From Octopus vulgaris (taxonomy: Eukaryota), in contig OX597824.1 in NCBI GenBank assembly GCA_951406725.2, positions 48,794,001 to 48,858,000 on the forward strand: a DNA stretch of 64,000 bases, written 5' to 3'. The position numbers and the translations under genes were made by a program. The notes beneath the pieces were generated by a model that was not told where the DNA came from, made no database searches, and saw only the letters and a list, made by a program, of their open reading frames with translations. Of the stretch, positions 1 to 13,420 are shown piece after piece. Every line of letters starts with the position of its first letter. Position 1 is the stretch's first letter.

Positions 1-1351
1 AAAAATAATGACAGGATCTAGGATGCATCACCCAAAATCTGACATAGAAAGACTATATATACAACGTATAGAAGGTGGTAGAGGCCTTATACAGCTGAAA
101 AGAATACTATAAAATAACCACTATAGGACTGCAAAAAATCTACTTCATATAAATCTACTGATATAAATAGCGGCAAAACACGAGCAAAACAAAAAACTGT
201 TCTCAGTATTTAAGGAAGCTGACAAATACAAACAAGAAATCATACCACCTAATAAATATGAAGAGGAAGAAGAAGAAGAAGAAGAAGAAGAAGAAGAAGA
301 AGAAGAAGGAGGAGGAGGAGGAGGAGGAGGAGGAGAAGAAGAAGAAGAAGAAGAAGAAGAAGAAGAAGAAGAAGAAGAAGAAGAAGAAGAAGAAGAAGAA
401 GAAGAAGAAGAAGAAGAAGAAGCAACAAAAGCTATAAAACAAATGAAATCCAAACTAAAAATAGAACAGCAACGAACCATGATAAAACGATGGCAAGGAA
501 AGCCCCTTCATGGTAAATACTGGACTAAACTAAACGCAAAAGAAATAGACAAAGAAAAATCCCAGCAATGGTTGAGAAGCTCAGGACTCAAAGCAGAGAC
601 AGAGGGAATTTTAATTGCAGCACAAGACCAAAGCCTCCCCACCAGAAATTACCAAAAATATGTAATGAAAAGAAATATAACAAGTAACTGCAGAATATGT
701 GGAGATGGACAAGAAACAATAAATCATATTATCTCTGGCTTCCCAGTCCTGGCTAAGAAGGAATATATTCACAGACATGACAGAGTTGGAACCTACATAC
801 ATTGGAAGCTATGCCAACATTATGGAATAACAACAGAAAAAAGATGGTATAGGCACACACCAGAAAAGGTCACAGAAAACGAGAAAGCAACCATACTCTG
901 GGATATGCCGATACACACAAATAGAGAAATTAAGGCCAACAGACCAGATATAGTAGTCAGAGATCATGAAGAAAAAAATTGCTTTCTAATTGATGTATCA
1001 ATACCGGCAGATGACAACGTGTCTCTAAAAGAAATGGAGAAACTTCAAAATACAAAGACCTGGAAATAGAGATAACCAGAATGTGGAATCTAAAAACAGA
1101 AACAATTCCTATCATAGTAGGTGCATTAGGCATGATAAAAAAATATCCAGACAAATACATAACAAAAACACCAGGACTTACAAACACATATAACATACAG
1201 AAAATTGCACTACTAGGCACTGCACACATCCTACGCAGAACACTTTCCATACAATAACCATCAGAGCATCACAACAAATCACAGCACATACCTAAGGCAC
1301 ATAGAGCTGCGCTCGGTAGTGAAGTGAAAGCACGCTATAAAAATAAAACTA

Positions 1352-1357
<6 letters not shown>
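1..1357 (+). mobile_element. R4/Dong-like RLE non-LTR retrotransposon, family A, 3' part (frameshifted)
   Basis: ORF 443-1069 has a CCHC knuckle (CRICGDGQETINHIISGF, last Cys mutated), RHD, and RLE motifs RPDIVV and LIDVSIP. Near-identical to 16621-17842. 3' UTR ends ACTACTGAAT into (TAA)n. GAA/GGA expansion at ~260-421. Confidence 0.9.
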
Positions 1358-1430
<73 letters not shown>

Positions 1431-1431
<1 letters not shown>

Positions 1432-1524
1432 GAGCATCACAACAAATCACAGCACATACCCAAGGCACACAGAGCTGCGCTCGGTAGTGAAGTGAAAGCA
1501 CGCTATAAAAATAAAACTACTGAA
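1431..1524 (+). mobile_element. Solo 3' UTR fragment (~94 bp) of R4/Dong-like family A
   Basis: Near-exact repeat of 1264-1357, flanked on both sides by (TAA)n. Confidence 0.9.
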
Positions 1525-1543
1525 TAATAATAATAATAATAAC

Positions 1544-1649
<106 letters not shown>

Positions 1650-1650
1650 T

Positions 1651-3098
1651 AGACATCGCACAGTGTACAATAACGTGAGGTTGTTGATTGAAAATATTGT
1701 GTCTGCCGGGGGATTGTACTGTTTGTCAAGTCACAACAAGGACCTCAGACAAACAGTACTTTACACAATATGCGTACCATTCCAAGTAATATCGACTTTT
1801 GCAATACACCTAGATTGTAGGGTATCTCTAAAGTTTACAGATGTTTTTTTCAGATTGGGTGGTATTTAACCCAATGCTTCGATGACAATATGGATAACCT
1901 TTATATTTGACTCGCGTAGCTGCCACATCTTAACGATCTCAATTCTCAGATCTCCATATTTATCAGCCTTTTCTCTTTTTTTCATGATGATATGCTGATC
2001 TCTTGGCATTCCCACGTCAATTGTTAGGCATTCTTGTTTATCCCTCCTAAAGGTTACTATATCCGGACTTCGGTGCTCTAATACCTTGTCTGTCTGGAAG
2101 TCAAAGTTCCAGAGGATTTTTGCCTTCCCCTTTTCATTCATTAACTTTTCCGGTGTATGTTGGCGCCAAGCACTCGTAACTTCATATCCATACTTACGGC
2201 ATCGTACCTAGTAGAGGTTTTGGGCTACTTTGTCGTGTCTATGCTTGCACGCTTTCTGCGCAAGACTTTCACAAGCACTAACACGCTTTCGACCCTCTTC
2301 CCACACATTCTACTGAGGTCCATTGCATTTATGTGGTATATATTCTTTTTCACTGAGTTGGTATTCAATACCTGGTCCTGGGCAGCAATGATTAGACTTC
2401 CAGTATTATTTTTTAGGTCACCCTTTTTAAACCACCTCCATGATGCTTCTTGGTCTTTTGATTTGTTGGTTTCACGGTGAAACTGACCATGTAATTCCAT
2501 GTGGAGTAGGGTTTCTTCTCTCTCGTTGACTGTTCTTGATCGGAATTCATGAACACTCTCAAGTTCATTTTTGTTAAATCCTTCTGCATTAACAAAATGC
2601 AAAATACTGTAGTACGTCTTGTTTGATGTTTAGCAAATATTCTGTCATGTTTCTTCTATGACTGTTGATGCACTCCCGTACGCTAATCAGCCAACGTCTA
2701 TCTTTATCCCTCTTCATGTAGAGCCTGTGTACATTCGCTTTAGGGTGGAGAGCACCATGCATTATCATTGTATTTCGGGTAGTGCGATCGAGATGGTTAA
2801 TCTCCTCTTGTGTTCATTTCCGGATGGGTGCACAGTAGTGGACTACACCAACAGCCCATATGTTGATGGTAGTCACAAGGTTCTTTGAGTTGAGTTTTGA
2901 TTTCATAAGAAGTTTAAGGCACTTGAAATATGCAGTGATGACCTTTTCTTTCATTTCTTTATGCAAGATATTGTCCAGCTCCAGGATCCCAAGGTAATTG
3001 TACCCATCATCATCTTCTATTCTCTCTCCATTTGGCAGTTCTATGCCTCTACAATTTACTCTTACCCCACGCTTCAAAGTAAGCACCGCGCACTTCAC
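1651..3098 (-). mobile_element. Decayed R4/Dong-like element, family D
   Basis: Minus ORFs: KCAVLTLKRG..YNYLGILE, LHGQFHR..LIIAAQDQ, ILWNFDFQTDK..PDIV..TIDV. Its 3' UTR resembles 18263-18372. Confidence 0.85.
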
Positions 3099-3112
3099 TA
3101 TTATTGTTGTTG

Positions 3113-3179
<67 letters not shown>

Positions 3180-3199
3180 CATCATCATCATTATTATTA

Positions 3200-3257
<58 letters not shown>

Positions 3258-3303
3258 CATCATCATCATTATTATTATTGTTATTATTATTATTATTATT
3301 ATT

Positions 3304-5118
3304 ATTCAATAGTCTTATTTTTATCACGTGCTTTCACTGCACTACCGAGAGCAACTCTGTGCCTCGGGTGTGTGCTGTAGTTTGTTGTGATGCTCTTATT
3401 TTTACTGTATTGAAAGTGTTTTACGTAGGATGTGTGCGGTGTCTAGTAGCGCTATCTTCTGTATGATATATAAACGTGTTAGTCCTGATGTTTTGCTTAT
3501 ATATTTGTCTGAATATTTTTTATCATACTTAATGCGCCTGCAATGATAGGAATTGTTTCTGTTTTTAGACTCCACATTCGAGTTACTTCTATATCCAGAT
3601 CTTTGTATTTTGAAAGTTTCTCCGTTTCTTTTAGAGATATATTGTCATCTTTTGGTATTGATACATCGATTAGAAAGCATTTTTTCTTGGTGACCTCTGA
3701 CAACTATATCCGGCCTGTTGGCCTTAATTTTCCTATCTGTGTGTATTGGCATATCCCATAGTATGGCTGCTTTCTCATTTTCTGTAACTTTTTCTGACAT
3801 GTGCCTATACTATCTTTTTTCAGTTGTTATTCTATAGTGTTGGCATAGCCTCCAGTGTATATAGGTTCCAACTCTGTCGTGTCTGTAAATATATTGCTTT
3901 TTAGCCAGGACTGGGCAGCCACGACTGGGCAGCCACGACTGGGCAGCCAGAGGCAATATGGTTTATTGTTTCTTGTCTATCTCCACATATTCTGCAGTTA
4001 CTTTTCATGTTTCTTTCCATTACATGTTTTTGGCAATTTCTGGTGGGAAGGCTTTGGTCTTGTGCTCCAATTAAAAATCCTTCAGTCTCTACTTTGAGTC
4101 CTGATCTTCTCAGCCATCGTTAGGATTTTGCTTTGTCTATTTCTTTTCTGTTTAGTTTAACCCAATATTTTCCATGACGGTGCTTTTCTTGGCATTCATT
4201 TTCTCATGATCCGTTGCTGTTCCAGTTTTAGTTTGGATTTCAGTTGTTTTACAGCTTTCGTTATTTCTTCTTTCTCTTCATAGTTGTTAGATACTATGAC
4301 TTCTTTTTTGTATTTGTCAGCATCCTTAAAGACTGAAAATAGTCTTTTTGTTTTGTTCGTGTTTTGTGGCTATTTGTATTAGTCCTCCTTATTTCTGAAA
4401 TGGGTATTTATGTAGTCCTGTGGTGGTTATTTTGTAATAGTTTTTTTTAGCTATATAAGGCCTCTACCACCTTAGATACGTTATACATATAACATTTCTA
4501 GGTAATACATCCTAAATCCTGTCATTATTTTTCTTGCTTTCCTTTTTTTATTAGTTCATTTAGTGTCCAGTTAAGGATATTGTAGCTGTAACTTATAACT
4601 GGGACGGCTAAAGTGTTAATACCTATTATCTTGTTTTTAGCATTGAGCTCTGTTTTAGTATTGATCTAACACGTCTGTAGTATTCTTTTCTTCTCTTTTA
4701 TTTGTGCATGTTGTATCGTATCTAGCTCATTGATTCCTAACTATTTGTATGTCTGGCTTTGGCCTAATTCTCTTATTTCATTTGCTTTATCTAGTGTGAT
4801 GTTGCTACTCTTAACTAGGTTTCCTCTTTTCAACGTTGCTGTGGCACATTTTTGTAAGCCAAATTTTATGTTTATTTCTTTCGTAAATCCATGTACTATC
4901 TGTAGTAACGTTTCCAGCTGTTTATCATTTGTAGCGTACAGTTTTAGATCATCCATATATAAGAGTTGGCTGATTATTTTGCCGTAACAGTTTGGCTTTT
5001 ATGTGTCCCTCTTTTGTCTGGAGCTGTAGCTCTGTCTGCCATTTGTTCATGGAATATTTTTTATATATTTTATGATTATTGGTGCTACCTTGTTCATGAC
5101 TAATGTCTCTAGGTTGTT
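3304..5118 (-). mobile_element. Older diverged copy of R4/Dong-like family A
   Basis: YMDDLKLYA..FGLQKCA (4741-4956) and CFLIDVSIP..EKLSKYKDL (3497-3703). Family A-like 3' UTR; TAA tracts on both sides. Confidence 0.88.
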
Positions 5119-5125
5119 TTTGTTG

Positions 5126-5156
<31 letters not shown>

Positions 5157-5160
5157 CATC

Positions 5161-5201
<41 letters not shown>

Positions 5202-5229
5202 CATTATTATTATTATTATTATTACATGT

Positions 5230-5530
5230 AGTTAAGACATTCGTTTTGCCACCGCCTGATTTTGGGTTCAATCCCACGATGCAGTATCTGGAGCAAGTGA
5301 ATTAGATAGCGATAACTGTGTGGAAGCTTATAGTGTATATATGTGTGTGTTTCTTTGTATTTGCCCTCTTCCACTTGGCAACCGATGCTGGTTTGTTTAG
5401 ACCCTGTAACGTTTCGGCAAAAGTGACCGATAGAATAAGTGCCAGACTTGCTCGACCAAAGCACTTCAAGCACAGCTCCAGCATGACCGCATTTCCTTGA
5501 CTAAATTAAGAGGCAAAATTTAAAGGATAA
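5230..5530 (+). mobile_element. Degenerate CORE-like tRNA SINE (family B)
   Basis: GGGTTCAATCCC B-box, GATAGAATAAGT, CTCCAGCATGACCGCA tail, all matching other copies. Confidence 0.65.
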
Positions 5531-6824
5531 ATGCTGTCATTTTGTGGAGTTGTTAGCGCGTTGGACAAAATGCTTTACAGTGTTTGTTGCGACTCGCTTT
5601 CTCCTGGTTTCAAATCCCGTCGATGTCAAATTTGCCTTTCATCTTTTCGCGTTCGATACAATAAAGTATTAATCAAGTACTGAAACCGATGATACAAAGA
5701 ACATTTGCACGGGAACCACAATAACAATAACAGCAATGAGAACGGCATCAACTGAATACTGAGTTTCCGATTCAAAACTGTTGGCCTTTGAAACCATTAT
5801 TACTCTTATCGTTGTTGTTATTAGCTGGTGCAATCGTTAGAGCATTGGAAAATATTGCTCCTCGTTTTTGCTCTGCTTGTGGGGGCGAAGGGGGATATAT
5901 GTATGTTACGCATTTTTGTAAGTCCTAGTGTTTGACTTCGTATTTCTCTACACGTATTTTTGTTTTTGTTTTTTGTGTTTTTTTGGTTTTTGATAATCAC
6001 TAAAGCACGTGCGATTGTTTCTGGTTTTACCCCCCCCCCCCAATCAGGTTATCCTCATGTTTACATTTTTTCAAACAACAGTTGGGTGAGTGCTTGTACC
6101 CTTACAACCAGGGTGATCTGTGAGCTTTCTTAATAAGCGTTAGTTGGAGACTCTCCTGTGTCAGAGAAATTATCTCATTCATGTGTTCACGTGTTTTGCG
6201 TGCTATGCATACTTTTTATTTCATTTCCACCTTCTTTCTTTGTCTTCCGCTCATCATTTTATGTAACCTCTACACACACACACAAATTGTAAATTCCCCT
6301 TCATCTGATAACCCATGTGAGCAAATAAAAAAACCATCGTAATCATCATCATCATCATCATCAACGTCGACGACGTCGTTAGTGTTCGACGTATGCCTCC
6401 TCTCGAAGATTTGTTAAATTTTGTTGGAAACAATTTGTATACTATTGTGAATTGTTATTAAAATTTTGAATAATGGACCCCAACATCACTGAGTGAAAAC
6501 AGATGCGGCCAAAATATGCCCTAAAGGAAACATTGTAATATTTTATTTGCTTTCGTCTGATTTTTTCTCATTTGCAATTATGGCATCAGTAACGCTTACT
6601 TTCAGATTCAGTGAAGTGGTCGCAAAAAAAAAAGAAAAAGAAAAGAAACTTTTCATACCACTGCAAACTTCATTAAAGAACATTTACACGATAACAGTAG
6701 CAGTGGTAAGGACAGTGTTTTTAACAAAGCCAATACAAGCAACAACGGTACCCGCTGCAACGAAAATAGCAACAATTTCAGTGACAGCAGCGGTAACAAC
6801 AACAGCATCAGCATTAATAATGGT

Positions 6825-7023
6825 TTCGGATTTTGGCATAAGGCCAGCAAGTTCGAGGTGAGGTAAGTCGATTACATCGACCCCCAGAGCTCAACTTATA
6901 CTTACTTTATCGACTCCGAAGGGATGTAAGGCAAAGCTGACCTCAGCGGAATTTGAACTCAGAACGTAAAAACGGACGAAATGCCGCTAAGAATTTTGCC
7001 AGGCGTGCTAACGATTTTGCTAC
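6825..7023 (-). mobile_element. tRNA-derived SINE, family A
   Basis: Reverse complement of GAGTTCAAATTCCGCTGAGGTCAGCTTTGCC..GTCGATAAA; similar to 55288-55518. Confidence 0.8.
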
Positions 7024-7344
7024 ATCACTACCTTTTTAAAAGTTGCCAGGAGGCAGCTACAGATAATCGAAACCTGTACCTTTCAGATACCGACTGCTCG
7101 CTCTGTAATAACAACGACAACCTAGTATGTCGTGGAGGCGACTCCACTGACAGGCAATCTTTTGAAGGGATGATGGCGAAAGCAACACAATATTTCTCGA
7201 AAGAGCACTGAATTAGAACATTCAGCTTTTGTACTCGAAGCTCAGACGAAAAGTCCATATTTATTACAAACGTCTGGCTGCCAGCTTTCATCTAAAGTAT
7301 GCCGTATTGCACCTGGACAGAAACCAGTAATTATGATTTCACAG

Positions 7345-7745
7345 CGGTGTCTAAAGCCCAGTACACTCATCATGATTACCCATCTGATAAGGGTAGCCCA
7401 GGCACATGCATCACAACCATATGTATGCGACATGGTGATCTCGTATCAAAATAATCAGCGCATGACCTTGCAGAAGGACCGAGTTAGAATTTCCTTCAGG
7501 TTGAGTAGCCCAAAAGGTGTCTGCATAAGGATTGTTTGTGGATGTTTCCAAAGGTGAATTATCCAAACCCCAAAGAATTCTCCTCGACATATGGTTATGA
7601 TGCTCCTCTGCTACTTCTGCTCGTGATCGGAGATGTAAATATCGTCTGACATGCAAATGTGTGGTATTGAGCAGAATATTTGCTGTAGCCCATCTTTTAT
7701 ACTAAGATAAAACAATGTACATTATAACACTTCCAATCAGTTAAT
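7345..7745 (-). mobile_element. Non-coding TAA-associated repeat (family X), copy 2
   Basis: Reverse complement aligns by eye to ~12190-12645; 5' end abuts (TAA)n. Confidence 0.75.
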
Positions 7746-7778
7746 ATTTATTATTATTATTATGATTATTATTATTAT

Positions 7779-7877
<99 letters not shown>

Positions 7878-7907
7878 CATCATCATCATCATCATTATTA
7901 TTATTGT

Positions 7908-10900
7908 CTTTTTTTTTCTTCTTTCAAATTTGCTTCCATTTCTTGCCGAGTGTCTTCCCGACTCCTAGGGCAAAGAAACTCATAGTATACATTAGTAGGT
8001 CATTAAACTAAACTCAATAATTCGTTCATTTTTTAAAGTTAAATTAAAATACATGGGTAGTAATAGTTCTCACATCGACAATGCTCTTCTCAATACGTGT
8101 GATGTACCAGTTAAGACAATCTTTTGCACTTCTTGCGGGGATGGTAAGCCAGGGATCATTCTCATATAATTTTCGGTTCCCTTCTTGATCATTCCTAGTG
8201 CTCCTACGATCACTGGTACTGTAACCGCCTTGAGATACCACATTTTCTCAATTTCAATGAGTAGGTCTTTATATTTTCTGAGCTTGTCAAACTCTTTCGC
8301 TGAGATATTATGGTCACAGGGGATGCTCATGTCGATCAATAAGCAAACTTTATTGTTTTGGTCTTTCACAACAATATCTGGTTTATTGGCCTTGATGGTT
8401 CGGTCTGTATGTACTGGAAAGTCCCACAGAATTGTTACATTTTCTCCTTCAGTTACAGCCTCAGGGTGGTGATTATACCACTTGTCGGCAGTTTTGATAT
8501 TGTAATGCCGACTTATTAGCCAGTTTAGATATTGGCCAACTCTGTCATGTCTTAATTTATACTCCACTGGTGTTAAGACTTTACATCCAGAGATTAGGTG
8601 GTCCACTGTTTCAATCATGTCGTTGCAGAATCGGCATTTTGGGTCTGCTCCATTTTTCATCACATTGGCCTGGTAGTTCCGGGTTAATAGACTTTGATCT
8701 TGAGCAGCCAGGATGGAACCTTTGCTCTCTGCTTTTAGCCCTGAGCTCCGTAGCCACTGATGGGTTTGCTTCTGGTCAACATCAGCTTGTTTGCTGCGGG
8801 CCACATATTTGCCGTGCAGAGGTTTCTCCTCCCACCTATCAGCCAATTGCTCGTGCGCTTTTTTCGTTGCCATTATTTTCACCTTCTTTGCAACAATAGT
8901 TGCCATACTTCCCTCGGGTTGTTCAGTTTGGGTATCCTGCACGAGATCAATAGCAAATTTTTTGCTTTCCTTTATGATAGAATGAAGTTTCTTTCGTCTC
9001 TCGTGATTTTCTACGAGTTTAGCATCCAGTCATTCGTTATTTCAAGATATTTGGCCAGTCCAATTTTGGTTGTTTTGTAAGCTAGTTCAAATTGGATCAG
9101 GTCTCGACCTCCTTGGGCTCTGGGAAGGTAAAGGCGATCAACGTCTGCCTTTGGGTGGTGCATCCTATTACAACTCAGCAGCTTGCGTATTTTCCTATCT
9201 ATATTCTTTACTTTACTCATATTTCAGTTCAACACATTGTAGCTATAAGTAACAACTGGAACTGCTAAGGAATTTATAGCTAACACCTTGTTACGTGCAT
9301 TTAGTTCAGATTTCATGACTGCACGAACTCTCCTATAACATTCCTTCCTGATCTTCTCTTTCATGCTTGCATGCTGAATACCAGAGCCTTCATTTATCCC
9401 TATGCAGAATATTAAAGGTGAAAGTGAGTCTCCTTGAAAAATTCTACAGTTGATGTTTATATTCTCTGAGGCAAGTACTCCATTAGAGTGGTATAATTGG
9501 AGATTCGTATTCCACAACGACATATTGTGCTTCAGGAAGTTTGAAATCACAGGGGAAATTTTGAAGATGTCCAGCGATCTCAAGATCCATGGATGCGGTA
9601 TACTGTTGAAGGGATTTTTATAGTCAATCCATGTGGAGCTGAGATTTCTGCGCTTGTTGTGACAGTTCTCAAGGATCATACGATTAATTAGCAGTTGATC
9701 TTTGCATCCGTTCTTCTCCATGAATGCATATGTTTTCTCCGCCAGGATAGATGTTAGGATTATATACGTGGTGGATAGACAGGTTATAGGCCGATAGTTT
9801 TTTGGAAGGTTGGTTTCGTTATTCTTTGGGAGTAGGTAAGTAATACCACTTGCTAACCATTCAGGTGTTTTCTTTGGGTCTCTCATAATTCCATTGAGAA
9901 GCTGAACTAGCTTACCGTGTGTGCATGGGAGCGATGCGAGCCAGAATTTCGGCACCCTATCTTTACCGGGGGATTTCCAATTATGGAGGCCTTCGTGAGT
10001 GCCTTTCTTAGGTCTGCTATTGTGATGTCTTCCTATGCTTGTTGTAAATTTTGGTAGAATCCTTCTGTTTGTATAATCCAGTCTGCATTTATGTTGTACG
10101 TCTTCTTGTCACTCCAAATCCTTTTCCATGGGAGGGGGGACTTTAACGGTTACTTTCTCCTTCCCTATTTTCTCTGTAGAATTTTTTTCGTATTCTTTGG
10201 GCTTTTGCTTGGACTTTTTGTTTCAGCGTTTCTTTTATTGATATCAGTTCTTCTCTTGGTGAGGATCAAAATTTTCTCTTCATCTTTCTTCCTGTTCTGG
10301 ATCTTACATCATTTCCACATATTAGTTCATTTAATATTGATATTTCCCCTCTCATAAATTCAATCTCTTTTCAATTTTACTTCTCCAGGTTTGATTTCTT
10401 CCCAGGTTTGGTTTTCTTTGTTTTTTTTTTTCGGGGGCATACAGCTGGTTTCAATTGCCCTAGCAGAAGCGTAAATAATTTCATTTAACTCAGTAAAATC
10501 AGGTTTTAATTCTTGTATTATTTCATTTGTTACATAGTTGCCAATTTGGATTTGTTTTTTATTTTGGTTTGTATTTGAGAGTTTATGAAGTGGTTCTCTA
10601 TCATTCATACTTGTATGTCTTACAACTTCAAGCGTATTCAGGATTTTCTGCCTCATTTCTGCCATAGACTTTCTGTGTTCTTCAGCAAATGCGAGGTCTT
10701 CAGTTATTGTTGTTTTATCATTTTCTTGGCTATCTTTAACGGTTCAATAGAATTTCTTGTATCTTCAGGCCTTTGCGTACTTTGGTCAGATGGCAGTCTT
10801 TCAATTAAGCCTCGTGGCGGGCTATACTGTTCATCTGATTCTTCATTTCCTTTATGTCTTATATTTATGTCCTTTTCCGTTGCGTGCTTGAACGCGCTTA

Positions 10901-11587
10901 TTTCACTGTCTGTGAGTCTGTTACTTCTAAGGATATCCCTCCTCACATTTGCCAATTTGTTCTCGTCCAAATAGGGCCTACTGTCTTGATACCGTGTTCT
11001 CCATATACTGTAAGAGTTTGAGGTGTGTCTCTCTTGAGATGGCTTACCTAATGCATAATAATAAGCGTATATTACTTCTTTATACTCTTCTCGGGTCCAT
11101 TTGTTCCGCTTACATTTTTCTTTCTGTGATGGTTGTGGTGGTGAACTTGGAGGGCTCGAGTTGGGGAATTTCCTGTTCAAGTGACCATCCATGTCCGTAT
11201 TCGGAGAAGAGTTTGTGCCAGTTGATGACTTTTCGATCCCAGGCTGGCTCTTCCCTGGGGGACGCGCTTCCAGATTAACTATAGGACAAGCGATTTGGTA
11301 TACTGATGTAGTTTTCCTTTTAGTTTCCAAAAACATTTTGGTGCTACGATAATGTTATCATTTTTGAGCTTTGAGAGGCTCGTGGAGAGACGGCAATCAA
11401 GGAAGAAGGGACGACAAAATGTTCACACAAAATTGGAGATGTTTATGTTTCTAAATTTTTTTTGTTAGGCGTTCGCTTGTATGTCCCAAGCTGCAGATAT
11501 GCAAGTTCCTTAACTTAATTTTGGGGAAAATTCAAATTACTCACAGAAAACAGCAGATCTTCCAGTTTTTTCACAGTTGTTCTTTCA

Positions 11588-11589
<2 letters not shown>
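7908..11589 (-). mobile_element. Near full-length R4/Dong-like element, family B, with internal RT deletion
   Basis: 5' UTR, Myb-like N-terminus (RNKWTREEYKEVIYAYY), RT motifs (NYRPITCL, WIDY, QGDSLSP), CCHC (CRFCNDMIETVDHLISGC), RLE (KPDIVV, LIDMSIP, KLRKY). (TAA)n at both ends. Confidence 0.92.
8070..8942 (-). pseudogene. C-terminal zinc knuckle plus restriction-like endonuclease segment of family B ORF
   Basis: Uninterrupted 290-aa ORF with CCHC, RHD and PD-(D/E) motifs; upstream frames are broken. Confidence 0.85.
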
Positions 11590-12145
<556 letters not shown>

Positions 12146-12672
12146 ATGCCCTGATGCAGTACCAGGCAGTGGCTCTCGTGGCTTCTGATCTTAACTGATT
12201 GGAAGTGTTATCAGGTACATTGTTTTGTCTTGGTATAAAAGATGGGCTACAGCAAATATTCTGCTTAATACCGCAAATTTGCTTGTCAGTTGTTTGACCT
12301 CAACCAGTTGAGCATGTCCCTTAGTGGCTAACGATATGTGCATCTCTGATCACGAGCAGAAATAGTGGGGGAGCATCATAGCCATGTATTGAGAGGGATT
12401 TTTTGGGGTTTGAATAATTCATCTCTGGAAACATGGGTGTTTCGTTCAACATCCTTAAAGAACCCTTTTTCAGGGACCTTTTGAGTGAGATGCGTTATTT
12501 GACCGAAGAAAATTCTAACTGGGCCCCTACTGCAAGGTCATGTGTTGTTTATCTTGATCTCCATGTCGCACACATATGGTTATGATGCATGTGCCTAGTG
12601 TACTCTTATCAGACAGGTTGTCATGATGGGTATACTGGGCTTCGTATATTTTACTGCTCTCTCACTGAATCA
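12146..12672 (+). mobile_element. Non-coding TAA-associated repeat (family X), longest copy
   Basis: Flanked by (TAA)n on both sides, ends GCTCTCTCACTGAATCACAATAA. Homologous to 7345-7745 and 54471-54862. No ORF in track. Confidence 0.78.
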
Positions 12673-12689
12673 CAATAATAATAATAATA

Positions 12690-12751
<62 letters not shown>

Positions 12752-12755
<4 letters not shown>

Positions 12756-13022
12756 TAGTTTTATTTTTATTTTTATAGCGTGCTTTCACTTCACTACCGA
12801 GCGCAGCTCTGTGTGCTTTGGGTATGTGCTGTGATTTGTTGTGATGCTCTGATGGTTATTGTATGGAAAGTGTTCTGCGTAGGATGTGTGCAGTGCCTAG
12901 TAGTGCAATTTTCTGTATGTTATATGTGTTTGTAAGTCCTGGTGTTTTTGTTATGTATTTGTCTGAATATTTTTTTATCATGCCTAATGCACCTACTATG
13001 ATAGGAATTGTTTCTGTTTTCA
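12752..13022 (-). mobile_element. 5'-truncated 3' end of R4/Dong-like family A
   Basis: KTETIPIIVGALGMIKK..RRTLSIQ* plus 3' UTR, near-identical to ~17578-17842. Confidence 0.92.
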
Positions 13023-13045
13023 TATTATTATTATCATTATTATTT

Positions 13046-13080
<35 letters not shown>

Positions 13081-13178
13081 TTTTTTTTCTTTCAAATTTT
13101 CTTCCATTTCTTGCCGAGTGTCTTCCCGACTCCTAGGGCAAAGAAACTCATAGTGTATATTGGTAGGCCATTAAACCA
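13081..13178 (-). mobile_element. Solo 3' UTR fragment of family B
   Basis: Matches ~7910-8010 (CTTGCCGAGTGTCTTCCCGACTCCTAGGGCAAAGAAACTCATAG). Confidence 0.88.
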
Positions 13179-13206
13179 ATTATTATTATTATTATTATTA
13201 TTATTA

Positions 13207-13420
13207 AGGCTGGTAGCTGGCAAAATCGTTAGCATGTCAGGCGAAATGCTTAGCAGCATTTCGTCTGTCTTCGTGTTCTGATCTCGAATGCCACCGGGGT
13301 CGACTTTACCTTTCATCCTTTCGGGGTTAATAAATTAAGTACCAGTGAAACACTGCGGTCGATGTAGTTGGCAAGTCCCCTCCCTACAAATTTCAGGCGT
13401 TGTGCTTCAAGTAGAAAAAA
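13207..13420 (+). mobile_element. SINE family A (tail type 2)
   Basis: A-box-like TGGCAAAATCGTTAG; GTCGACTTTACCTTTCATCCTTTCGGGG central domain. Confidence 0.82.
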
